Below, one piece after another: positions 25,501 to 38,500 of a DNA stretch of 64,000 bases (the stretch's first letter is position 1; every line of letters begins with the position of its first letter). The position numbers were made by a program, and so were the translations under genes. The notes under the pieces are model-generated. The model worked only from the letters and a program-made list of their open reading frames with translations, did no database searches and was not told where the DNA came from. Origin of the DNA: Cycas panzhihuaensis (taxonomy: Eukaryota; Plantae; Cycadophyta); the NCBI GenBank assembly GCA_023213395.1, contig CM041465.1, positions 179,807,741-179,871,740 of the forward strand, in the 5' to 3' direction.

Positions 25501-28460
25501 AGCCTTATGCTCGAATTGGAATCTGAATATTCATTATGGGATAGAGTGAGGTCAATAGAAAAGACCATATGTCATGCTTTGTAAATGTGTCCATATCTGG
25601 TAATCCACTTTTCTAATCACTAAACATAGAGGCTATCCTCTATTTGATGTTGTGCTTTTGCTTAAGATATTTGGACTCTTTTTTATGAGAGTTCTTCAAC
25701 CTATCAATTTATTGTAGGGCAAGCCACATCATCAAGTCATGGTCAAGGATGTTAAAAATCTATCTATGGTTGAGCTACATCATCAAATAGGGGTCAAGGC
25801 CATTAAAAGTCATATTGAAGAGATTATGAGAACTATTGGTTTTTTTATTGAGTGGGTAAGGGTCATTTAGCTACAAATTCTTCTTATATTACTTGAGTCA
25901 TTTTGATTGCTTCCTTGATAAAGTTGATGGACAATGTCTTCAGGTGCATTTGAATACAATCCTAGAGACTTGCCACATAAATATCTATCCAAGTTTGTTT
26001 ATCCATATCTTAGCTTTAAGAGGACCAATTCTATAGTGTTTAGAATTCATCTATGAAGACCTTTATTGATTATGTTAATGTAATCCATGTCAATTAAGTA
26101 AAGAATGATTAGCTCCAAGTGTCCTCATATTTCTCAAAGAAATAATTTATGAATTATGACCATTGTTAGTTATAATGTTTATTTATTTTATTATTAAGTG
26201 TGAACATTACATTAGAATGTCACGGGACTACCAGCAATCGACATCAACTGACTTAGGTATCAGATATGTATTATTTTTTTATTTATTTTAAATAGTATTT
26301 TTGAATACCAAAGTCAGTCAATGGTGGGCTTGCCTAATGTTCCAACTATTTATACAAGCCTTCTTAGCCCAATGGTGATCCTTAACACCACCAAATTTAT
26401 ATGAATTTTTGTTTATTGTTTGTTATAGCATTATAATCTAAGTTTAACTCTTTCCTCATGCCATCAATTGGGGGACCATGGGGAAACTAAGTTGTAGCAT
26501 ATCACACCTATGTTTACATCAATGACATTATTTCAAACTCTAATTATATGCATCCTAGAATTGATCCAAAGTAGATTCACTAAGTTTTTAGAAGCTTTTT
26601 TCAATTAATTTCAATGTTTCTTCTTCAGTTTCATACTTAACTAGCTACTTGGACTTTAATGGAGTCCTGCTCTTCAATGAAGGATTGAGACTACATCATG
26701 TGACTACTCATCTTGATCCTTTATGAGTCTGTTATAAAATGGAGAAGATGATTTGTCATTTGATCATCCCATTGAAGAGAAATCTCACTCTAAAGATCAT
26801 ATATCTTGCGAGTTTCTTAAAAACCCATCACCTGTCCTTTTTCCACTCGATTTATTTTATTTTTTAATAATTAAAATTCATTTTTTTCTACTTAATATCA
26901 ATAAAGTAGCTCATAGAGGCGATTCAAATTGATTTTTTGAAATTGGTTTCACATTTTTTAGTCAATAAGTTGATATATTTGATTGATTTTTTCGTGTGTA
27001 AAGTAATACATAGGTTTTTCATTTTAAAATTATTAAATTTTTTCATATATTTTTTTAATATAGTTTGATTTAAATTTAACTAAATTTAATGATTTTTGGG
27101 GTTTAGCCCTATTCTCTCATCAATCAGTGGTCTTTTTGCAACCCCATATGACCTTGTTCTATTGAAAAAAGGATAGATCTCAAACTCAATTAAGCCATAT
27201 TTCATAAATTTGGTTTTTAAGAAATTAAGCTAAATTTTATAGTTTTTTGAATTTTGTAGCCCCCTTCGTAGCCCAGCAGGTGGTCACAAATAGTAAACCA
27301 AGTGACTAAGGGCCAACTTATTAAGGGGATAAAGGACCTCTTCTTTTGATTTTTACTCATAACAAGGTGTCTATATAGTTTTCCCAGTAATGTTTGATTT
27401 ATGAGTCCATTTTTTGAACAGTTTAAATTGTTGAAAATCTGACTCAGATCTTTACACTTTAGAATTAGTTGATATTAATTTGAAGCTATTTTATAGGCCT
27501 TTCAAGATACTAAATTTGACCCATCTAATTAGTCCTTATTTAAGAATTTCTCATTATTTGTAAAGTAATCTCTCAATTTTATTTAAGGATATTAATGATA
27601 TATTACTATACTAACTATTGATAGTAGATTTCACCTCATTATTTAAACTTATAAATGTTTTTTGGATAATTTGGTGTAGTTTTACTTTTGAAAGGGAAGT
27701 AAATAATTTAGGTCAATTTTTTATAAATAAAGAGCATTCTAAACTCTTTTACTATTTCAATTTATTTCATTTAGTACTATTTGACTTATTTACATTTTAT
27801 CTAAGTTAGTTTCATTTTATTTCATTATAAATATTTCAAGTTTTTTCAATTATTGGTAAAAGGAACCATTTCTTGTAAAGAATACCATATCTAAGATTAA
27901 TTTTTTTGCATTAACAAGATAACTCCTGAATAAACCACCCTTATTTTCTAGCCTTGTAAGGGGAATGGTCAAGACCCATAAAGTTACCACCCTGCATATG
28001 CCCTTGGTGTACTCTAAGTTGTTAAGGAAACCATTAGCTATCGGGTGTATTCGATTGCATACTGAGGTGGAGAACCTTTTTCCTTTAGAGTTTGGAGACC
28101 AGGCTAGACCCAGAGGGGGTGAGTGCCTTAGTTGGTTAGGCTCTCAACGTTAGATCTATCATTAGACATAAGACTGGAACAGGTGGACCAATAAATTAGG
28201 GGGGTCTTTAACCTTCTTTATAGCCTGTGTAGTGAGGTATATTAAGCTTTGAGCTCATGTATCGGTATATTGGGTCCCTAGATTTCTACTTATGAATAGG
28301 CACTGTTAGATAGCATAGAAATTGAGAGCTTTCCTTTGAGATCCTAAGACATAGAACTCTAGATTAAAAACCCCCAGGGTAGATAGGACATAAATAAATT
28401 TAAATCTTTTGGGAGATACTAAAACATAATTAAATTACAATAGTAACAACACTTGGAAAA

Positions 28461-31400
28461 ATGATTATTCCCAACTTTAATAGAACAAATTTCTTTAATT
28501 AGAGCAAGATGATGAAACCTATTTTCATAGCCAAAGATATATGAAAATTTGTAGATGAAAGATTTAATGAACTTAAAGAAAATGCCACCTTGGATAAAGA
28601 AATAATTTATAGAGAATATGTTAAGAAGGACAATGAAGTATTAGCACTTATTTTTGGTGCTTAAAATATCATATATTTCCTAGAGTGAGCAAAGCCACGA
28701 CATTAAAGGAAGCATATGGTACACTAAAGCTAATTTAAGAAGGATCCACCTCAACCAAGATTTAAAACTCTTAGAAGCAATTTCAAAAATTTGAAGATGT
28801 AACCAAGAGAGAGTATTAATCAATTTATTACCAGGATCTAAGACCTAGTCAACCAAATAAGATCCCTTGGAGAAGTGTTAACCAAGCAAAGAGTTATGGA
28901 GAGAATATTAAGATGTGTTGGAGAAGTTAAATATTTTGAAATGGTAGCTATAAGTATTAAAGTCTCAAAGGACTTAAGTGCCCTTAAGATCAAGCAATTA
29001 AATGCCATGCTACTTGCTATAGAAGATAAGAAAGGAGGATAAGAAACCTTAAAACATGTCTTTGCCACAAAGGCAAGAATTAAGCAAAGTAGCCAAGAAC
29101 AAAGTTTTAGAGGGAGGGATCCATCCCCTAAAAGAGGAGAAAGGAACCAAAGATCATATCAAGAATCAAACTCTAGGAACTAAAGGATATATTAAGAGTC
29201 TAATCCTAGACACCAAGAATCAAGGTAACATTATCAAGAACCTCCTCAAAGATATCAACCACCAAATCTAAGGTACCAAGGGAGGAACAATTTCAACAAT
29301 CAAGGTAGAATGCAAGAACAAAATCATTATTGCCATGGACACAATCATTGTCAAGGACAAACAAGATATTTAGGCCTAAGTCAATGTTATTAAGGACCAA
29401 ATCATATAGGTTATCAAGGGAAAAATCAAACCCCATTCCTTGAGAGAGGTAGATCAACCTCTAGAGGTGGAGAAACCTCTAAAAGTAGAAGCAATAGCCA
29501 AAAGAGTAGAGCACCCATTCAATACTCATATTGCCACAAGATTATACACATAGAGGATTGTTGTTTTACTAAGAATACAAACCAATAAAGAGGGAGTGTG
29601 ACTACCATTACTTAAAGTAGAGAAAATAATAGACTATTCTTATCAAGTCCTGTAGCTAATGAAGAAGAAGATAACTAGTATATAGATTTAGGATGCTCAA
29701 CTCACATGACACATAAAGAGGAAAATTTTAAAGGTATTAATAGAACCAAAAAGAGGAAGATCATGTTTGAAGAAAACACTTTACATGAGTCAATTGGTAG
29801 ATGTAACATTACCATCACCACATAACTAGGTCAAACTCAAAATATTGATGATGTTCTATATATATCCTACTTGAAGAAGAATTTTCTTGTAGTAGGATAG
29901 ATGATGGAACATGATTATAAGGTCACTTTTGATCACGGTGAATGCATAATCAAAGATAAAAGGATGAACAAAGCTATTGTAGCTAAGGGACAAATGACTA
30001 GCAATCAACTATTTAAGCTAGTCATTCCTCTAATAAATAACTATATATTGAAAGCCTCTATTAATGTTGGAAGTGACACATGGCATAAATAATTTATCCA
30101 TATAAGTTATAGTATATTAGATTTAATGAAAAGAATGGAGATGGTTAAAGTCTTACCTACCATTGAGGGAAATAAAGAAATATATAAAGGATATTTACTT
30201 TGAAAGTAACATAGAGAGAGCTTTCCATATAATAGTTATAGAGCACAAGGTCCCTCCAAGTAGTATACATAGATTTATGTGGTCCTATGGATGTACCCTC
30301 ACTTGGAGGAGCTAAATATTTTATGATATTCATTGATGATTTTACAAGAAAAACTTGAGTTTATTTCCTAAAGTTTAAATTAGATGCCTATCAATGTTTT
30401 GTTGACTTCAAATCCTTTATGAAAAAAATAAAGTAGATATCAAATCCTCTCCCTTAAATCAGACAATGGGGAAGAATTCATCTTGAATAAATTCAAAGAT
30501 TTTTGTATTTATAATATCTTAAGGAGGTAATACATGAATCCATATACTCCACAACACAATGGAGTAGCTCAGGAAGAATAGAACCATTATTGAGATGGCT
30601 AGGTGCATGCTCAAGGACTAGCAGCTTGGGCATGAATTTTGGGTGGAAGTCATACACATAATGATATATCTATTAAATGAGTGTACCACTAAGGCACTAA
30701 GATGGGTTATACTTGAAGAGGCTTAGACATGATACAAGCCTAGTATTTGCTATTTAAAAATCTTTAGTTACCTAGCATTTGCTTATATACCTAAGCAAAA
30801 GAAGACAAAATTAGATGATAAGTATACCAAGTATATATTTATAGGATATTGTGGCTTAACTAGATCCTATAAGTGATTTGACCCTAAGGAGAAGAATATA
30901 ATCTTGAGTAGAGATGTTGTCTTCCAAGAGAATGATTATTATAAAGTAAAGATTGAAAAAGACAAAAGGAAGAACATCATAGTGGAATTTGATTCATGTC
31001 CTACATCGATATATGTACCTTCACATGTGCCAACTCAACATGGCCCTAGTCCTAATAAGGTTGGACCTTCCTCATCCAGTCAAAATATTCTAAAGTGGGT
31101 ACAAAGATGATATGACTCAGTGGATATGCTTGATAATAATTTTAAAAGAGGATCAATCTTCCTCATCTAATCAAAATGTTCCAAAGTGGGTACAAAGACG
31201 ACATGACCAAGTGGATATACTTGATAATAATTTTAAAAGGAGATCCACATGTTCTAATAGGGTCAACTTTGCTCTAATGAGCTAAGTCATGGACTCACAT
31301 GAGTTTCATACCTTTGAAGAGGCCAATACTAAATAAGAATAGCATCATGTAATATAAGAGGAGCACAATATTTTGGTCAAGAATGACACATGGGAACTAG

Positions 31401-32822
31401 TTGATCTCCCTCCAAATAAATCTGTAATTGGTACCAGATGGGTTTACAAGATGAAATTTTGATCAGATGGCTCTATTAATAAACATAAAGAAAGGCTAGT
31501 AGCTAAAGGATATACCCAAATCGAAGGCATCGATTACAATGAAACATTTCATCCTATTGCTCGAATGGAAATAATATGTCTCATGTTAAGTCTTATTGTA
31601 CATAAGGCATGAATTGTCTTACAAATGGATGTAAAAAGTGCCTTCCTTAATGGATACATAGAAGAGGAAATACATATCTAAAAACTAAAAGGATTTGAAG
31701 TTAATGGGAAAGAAAACAAGGTATAAAAACTCAAGAAATACTTGTATGGATTAAAATAAGCGCCTAGAGCTTAGTAATCTAGGATAGACAAATATTTCAA
31801 AGATAAAGGGTTCGAACGAAGTCAATCATATCCTAACTTATATATAAAGATTAAAGGTGACTCTATACTTATTTTGGAACTATATGTTGATAACTTAGTC
31901 TACACTAGTAATCACTCTCAATTATCACAAAAGTTCAAAGATTATATGTGTAAAGAATTCGAGATGACAAATTTAGGTCTTATGCATTACTTCCTAGGTT
32001 TGGAGGTATGGTAAGATGAAAATGACATTTTTGTATCTCAAAGGATATATACATTTGACTTACTTCAAAAATTCAAGATGAATGATTGCAAGGCATTAGC
32101 TACACTAGTATAAATTAGAATAAAGCTATCCAAGCTTGATGATTTTGCATGTATTCATCCTACACTTTATAGGTAGCTAATTAGTAGTTTAATCTACTTA
32201 ACATCAACTCATCCTAATATTTTACATTCACTAAGTATGGTATTGAGGTTTATACAAGAAACTAAGTCAACACAATGGAAAATGACTAAGAGAATATTTT
32301 ATTACCTAAAAGGCATAATTAGTTTTGGGTTACATTATAAGTCTTCAATAAATTTTAGGTTGATTGGCTATACCAATTCAAACTAGACAAGTTATGTTGA
32401 TGACAGGAAATCCACATCAAGTTACACTTTCAGCATGGGATCAACTTCAATTGCTTAGAGTACCAAGAAGTAAAACACAATTTCCTTATCTACTATAGAA
32501 GCAAAGTATAAAGCATCAGTAACATGAGCATGTAAAATAGTTTGGTTACGATGGTTACTCCATGATTTACAAATGAAACATGATGGACCTACATACATTA
32601 TATATGACAATCATAGTACAATTCAAATAACATACAATTTAGTGTTTCATGGATGAACAAAGTATATTGAAACATAACATCACTTTATTAGGGAATTAGT
32701 ACAAGAAGGAGAGATTGAATTGGTTTACTATAGCAAAGATGAACAGGTAGTTGACATCTTCATAAAGGCTCTTAGGAAAATCAAATTTCATAAATTTAAA
32801 GAAAAGCTTGGAGTTATATAAA
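28461..32822 (+). pseudogene. Copia gag-pol of D (gag, Zn knuckle, PR, INT, RT, RH)
   Basis: Motifs *YIDLGCSTHMT (PR), VHIDLCGPM and LKSDNGEEF (INT), QMDVKSAFLNG, LYVDNL (RT) and QVVDIFIKAL (RH), in Copia order; many stops and frameshifts. Confidence 0.93.
31067..31246 (+). repeat. 91-bp tandem duplication in the INT-RT linker of D
   Basis: cttcctcatc...aagtgggtacaaaga...gataataattttaaaag at 31067 and 31158. Confidence 0.88.
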
Positions 32823-34299
32823 ATAAACATTATGGAGAAGAATGTTAGTTATAATTTTCATTTATTTTATTATTAAGTATGCACATTGCATGGGAATGCC
32901 ACGAGACCGCCAGCAACTGATATCAGCTAACTTAGACATTAAGTATGTATTATTTTATTATTTATTTTAAACAGTATTTTTGAATATTAAAGTCGATCGA
33001 TAACAGACTTGCCCAATGTCTTGACTATTTATACAGGCCTTCTTGGCCCAATGATGATCCTTAACATCACCAACTTTATACAGCTTTTTATTTATTATTC
33101 ATTATGGCTTTATAATCTAAGTTCTGCTCTACCCTTGTGCCATCAACCATGTCTTATTTGGAGGGTATACTTTTTTTCTGCCAAATGAACTAGTGATAAG
33201 TTTTTATATTCATGTGGATGGAAACATATAGTAGCTAGTCTTCTTTGATCATAGAATTGAGAGTGAAATAGGATTCTAATTTATGGATCTAGTTGTGAGT
33301 GCACTCTTTATTCAACTCAAGATCAACAGTCAAGATGTTGATTTTGTAGTGGAGAAATCATTGCCTCTATAGATGGCCTCCTTAGGATGCATTACTTCCT
33401 TATGGAAGGTGAGAAGGAGGAAAGTTGGCCATTATATTTGAAGTTCCTATGATATTGCAATTAGACTATATCATTTGAGTGACTAATACTTAGAGTTTTA
33501 TCTTTAAAGAAAGGTTGGCTAAATTTGCCTTAGAAGGAAGATTGGCTAACTCATCCTTCATCTCTTATCAAAAAGATTTAAGCTTAGTTTCTAGTGAAAA
33601 GATCTTTTCTCCTTATTAGTATACCATTAGGAATATAGAATGGGCTTCAGAAAAGTAGGACATAGTATAAAGAAGAGGAAATGTACAAAATAGAGAATAT
33701 TAAGAAAGAATATGCTTTTAAGAAATAGGGAAAAATAAGATATAAAAGGGATAAAGGGGGTAGGAAAGCGACTTGGGGTATCTATATCCTTTTGGCCCCA
33801 AAATTTTGAGAATAAAATCACCTAGTGCACTTAAACAAACACGAAGAGCTTGTTGAAATAGGATAGGTGAGTTATAGGGGTGAAATTTAATATCAGGTCC
33901 CACTAGCGATCTAGGTGCCACTATACCAAAAATGGACTATAAAAATTGACCTAGTATAAATTGATCAGAGTGATGTGTTAATTGAAATGGGGTGTATGAA
34001 TTTTAACCATAATTTTTTTGGTTCTTGACTTTTTTTTAATGGCAAGTTTAACAGTTTAGGTCATTTATGATTTTGATAAGTATTCATGAAGTTATGCCCT
34101 TTTCTTTATAGGTGCATGGTTTTAGTGATAAATGCATAACAGAAATTTAGTAGACTTAGGTTCTCTATATGAGTGGGACTTCAAATCAAATGAGAGCTAC
34201 CAATATGATCGTTTACCCTCTATGATACTCAAGTTAGCGATTAGTACCCAAAAGCTACTATACACAAATATCCCTATACTATTGTAGACCTTATAAAGA

Positions 34300-35590
34300 C
34301 AGTATTTCCTCTATAGGTAGTGCCTTGAGATATTGGGCTAAAGTTAGTGGGAAAGTCAAAAAAGGTGATGAAGCTGAAGCATGGTTAATAAGCATAAAAA
34401 AATATTTTTAGCTTAATAGTTTTACTTCTAATGAGAAGGTAAGGTTAACAATGTATAACCTTATTAAAAGTACATATTTGTCATGTGAACACCACATGAA
34501 GATAAAGAACATTAATGAAAGGAAGTTGTGATGGAGTAAGTTCTATAAACACTTCTAGTAAAAGTACCTCTCATAACACTATTTTGAAAAGAAAGTAAAT
34601 GCATTCTATGAGCTAAAGCAAGGCATGATGAAGGTTGAAGAATATGAAAAAGAAATTATAAATCTTATGAAATATACCCCTCATATATGAGAGGAAAGTA
34701 TGAAAATAGGAAAATTCATAAGTGGATTAAATAAAGTAATCTAAGGTCAAATTAATATTTTGAAGTTAAAAACCTTAGAAAAAATAATTAGGAATGTGAG
34801 ATATTATAAAATCCAATGGGCAAAGATACAAATAGCTACCTTGGATTAAAGGATAAGCTTTAATAGAAGTAGGAATAATAGAAGAAGGGATTTCAACCAC
34901 TTTTTCCTAAAAAAGGTTTAAGGGACAATAATTAATTCCAAAGGATGTAAGAATCTAATCACACCTATGGAAAATATCTCAGAGACACTACTCACAATAT
35001 TTATTTTTAATACGGTGGAAAAGGACATTATGCATAAGAGTGTCCAAAGAGACAAAATATAGGAGGTAGATGCTACAATATGGAGATGTAACCAATAGTG
35101 GTGGATATAGTCATGGAGAGGGGGTCAATGCAATTATATACAATGGAGGGCGGTCAATAAATAAATCACCAATGTCACATGGTACAGGTAGAAGGTAAAA
35201 TCTCCAACTAAGTAATTTTTATATTAATTGATTTACGTAGTAATCATAATTTCATATTACCTAAAATTGAGATAAGGTGTAAACTAAATCCCAATAAACA
35301 TAAGGTCATATGAGATGTTTTCATGGAAAATGGAAGTAAGAAGATGGTGACTAAATTTATCCCAAACTCTGAGTTCAAATGGGGAGGATGAAATAGGCAC
35401 GTAACATTTTAAGTATTGTCACTCAAGGATTTTGATGTCATAATTGAACTCAATTGGTTAGAAGTATATCAAGGTAAAATTGACTATTATAATAAGTTTA
35501 TAGAGTGTGTGGATGATGAAGGATGTCTCAAGACCATCCAAGAGGAAAATCACCTATTTCTATTAGATAAAAAATTTTAGCCATACAATT
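34300..35590 (+). pseudogene. Element E: Gypsy gag-protease fragment, cut off by element G
   Basis: EAEAWLISIKKYF..., LKQGMMKVEEYEK, Zn-knuckle remnant (GGKGHYA*ECP), ILID protease motif, DFDVIIELNWL. Confidence 0.75.
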
Positions 35591-38500
35591 TGTTTCATGC
35601 AAACCAAGAAGTCCACATTCATTCAAACATATGTAAGTGAAGGTGCATGCTTCTTATTTCTCATTACAATTCGATTATTGGATTTCATAAGCATGTCTAC
35701 TAACATTTACCTATTGTCTTGTTGGATGGGTATATATGTGTATTCAGTCAATGATAAGTCTGACCATGGTTAGTAGAAAAATAAGTTGTCCACTTGAGCT
35801 TGATGGATTGTGAAACAACTTCTAGGTACCTCCACAAATGCTTTCTTCCTTTCTTCTACCTCTATTTTTAATGATTTTATGCATATCTTACTCCATTGGA
35901 CACTTTTTTAATCATAAGCTTCTTTTTCTGTACTTGTTTTTCCTTATCTTATGAAGTTTTCTATCTGTCTTACTTTAATTTTTACAATTCCACAAGAAAA
36001 ATGCTCTATCCTATAATGTTTTATGACTGGTATCTCTCCTAGGGAAACTTCACAATACCATGAAGCTTAAAACTGGTATCTCTCCATGGATTTGACCCAT
36101 CATTTCACTAAAAAGATGGATCTAAAAACCAATAAAGGGGCATCACTCTTTAACTATAAATACCCCTCCTATTTCATGAAATAAGAGGCTAATTTTTAAA
36201 TTGTTATGTTGCTAAAATGTTGTCAAAATTCCTATAGATTCTTATAAACTCTTCAATTTACATCTTGGCTTATACATTTCACTTAGAGATTAGAGACAAT
36301 TCATTGTTAGAGACTCTTTTAATCAAGGATTCATGCCACGAGTATACTTCTTTGGGTGAGAGTTGGGGCAATACCCCCTACTTCATTTGTATATCTTCCT
36401 TTAGTTTTAATTGTTGTTTATTTTTATTTTATTTTAATCATCTATTACTTTATTGGTTAACTTTCTTCTTGCATGCTTTGCTTGTTTTGATTTTTTCTTA
36501 GTTGGAAGTATTTAGTATAGTGAAAGGGGGCTAAGTAGCATTCATCAAGATTAGAATATGATGGCAACCCTACCAATTTTGAGACTTCAACTACTACATC
36601 TTTCCATTTGATTTAAAATTATAATTGCATCTTTCCATTTACTTTAAAATTATAATTTCCACTTTATTATGTTACTTTCAAGTCATCAAATTTTCTGTAC
36701 ATGTATATTCACTAAGATTGCCAAGTGGTGGACTGATTTGAACTCATTTTCTTGTAGGCTAGTGGCATCATAAGCGTGTTGGATATTCATCTTTATTTCT
36801 CTTATCTTCCCCATAAAATATTAGTGCATGTTATGTAGTAGAAGTGCTACCAAACGTTTTCCAAATTTTACAAAAAGGTATGTTCCTTAAAGCTTGTTTT
36901 AACCTCATTTTTAGGCATTTTTACATTTACAACAAACTTTTTTCTATCATAGATTGATCTGATAAGCAGAAATATTATTAGATTTTTCCTAGGAATCTTG
37001 CTATATGCAAATGCTACTCATCTTACACTTTGTCCCTTTGGCATAGTATTTGTTGTGACAGTTTCTTTCAGTGAGAAAATTCGATCATTAAAATTTCGAA
37101 GTGAAAATCATATATTCCTCATCAAACCCTCTCCTTATAGGCTTTGTTTCTCTTAAAAAAGAAAAGGCAAAAAACATACTTTTGATTAGTAATTTTATTT
37201 GAAAAGAAAATAGAAGTTTACTTATGTGTGTGGTATATCTACTTGCTCTTCCTCCTGCTTTGCATGTAGGTAATTTATTTTGTTAAAGAGATTTAAAAAC
37301 ACATAAAAAAAAAAGAGGAGAATGAATTTGCATGCTTATTTTACATAGCATTTATATGTATTTATGCATTTTGGTAAAGGCTTAGTGGAATAAAGGTTTA
37401 TGCTTATTGCGGGTCCTTAAACCTGTAAAGTTGAAAGGTTGTTTTAGACTAGGTTTTTTTATTAATTACACTTAAATAAAAGAGCATGCTAGTTATATTT
37501 TAGGTTTTTGATCCTTAATCCTTGTGGCTCTCTTAGGATAGGGTTATTCTTTGACTTAAAAGAATGGATCACTTACTTTCTACCCAGGTTTTATCACTGA
37601 ATAAGAGAGGTGATATTATGCCTTTAGATATATCAAGTCTTCTAATCCATATGCTAAATAATCTAATAAAGGAAATTTATCTTCACCATGTGCTCATGTG
37701 TAGAATGTTAATAGTTGAGTGAACTTTATTTTTCCTATTAAGAGTGGTGCCTTGTTTCTACTTCACCTATTGGAGCTCAAGGTTGATTGGAGTCGAATGT
37801 AGGTACTATTTAACAACCTTAAATTTATTGTAAGATAGGTCATTGATATCGATGAGTCCCCACCATCTTACCCATGATCAGATATATCCTATGGTCTTGA
37901 ATCCTTTAGGCCTCCTACTCTAATTAGTCTCTTCTCATATTTCTAGATTAAGTCTAACATTCTAGGGTTATTTAGGAGTCTAGCTTAGGATAGGTTAGTC
38001 ATCTTTGGATGGGGTAACTATAGTAGGATAGGCATGTAATTTTATCAACGGTTGGGATACACGTACCCTAGAAGACCCCTCACATCTCAAGGGATTTTTA
38101 GTAGGTGTTGTTTGGTCCCTCTAAGGGTGCTTACTACTAGAATAAATTGATTTTATCTTTGTTATTTTAGTTAGTTAGCAATTTTCTTTTTCTTTACTTT
38201 CATGTATTATTTCTTTCTCATGTTCTTGTCTACATTACTAGTTTGTTACTTAATAGTTAGTTACTTCTTTTCAGACTATTTTCCCTCCTTATTCCCTCTT
38301 ATATCTATATACATTTTTATATTGCCCCTAGTCTAGGAGCCTTCCCCTTTCATCCTTATACTTACATCCATGAGGAGCATGAATGTCCTATAAGATCTTT
38401 AGGCTCATTCCCTTCTTAGCTTAGATCTTTATACCCCAAGGTCTATAGTTAGGTTGTGTATTCATCCTCTCTCTTCTATGTATTAATGTTTACAAGTGAC

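Larger units (their letters stand above)
26164..33145 (+). mobile_element. Element D: full-length, decayed Ty1/Copia retrotransposon nested in the gag of C; LTRs 26164-26466 and 32843-33145
   Basis: 303-bp TG...CA LTR pair; perfect TSD ACCAT at 26159-26163 and 33146-33150; PPT GGAGAAGAA before the 3' LTR; removing D restores KTWS*FINYFFEKY in C gag. Confidence 0.95.
21775..33920 (-). mobile_element. Element C: degenerate Ty3/Gypsy chromovirus; 3' LTR about 21775-22178; 5' LTR not found
   Basis: PPT rc AAAGGAGGAGGACC at 22179-22192 next to TGTAACA; then chromodomain, integrase, RH, RT and gag remnants; putative PBS rc TGGCACCTAGATCG at about 33907-33920. Confidence 0.82.
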
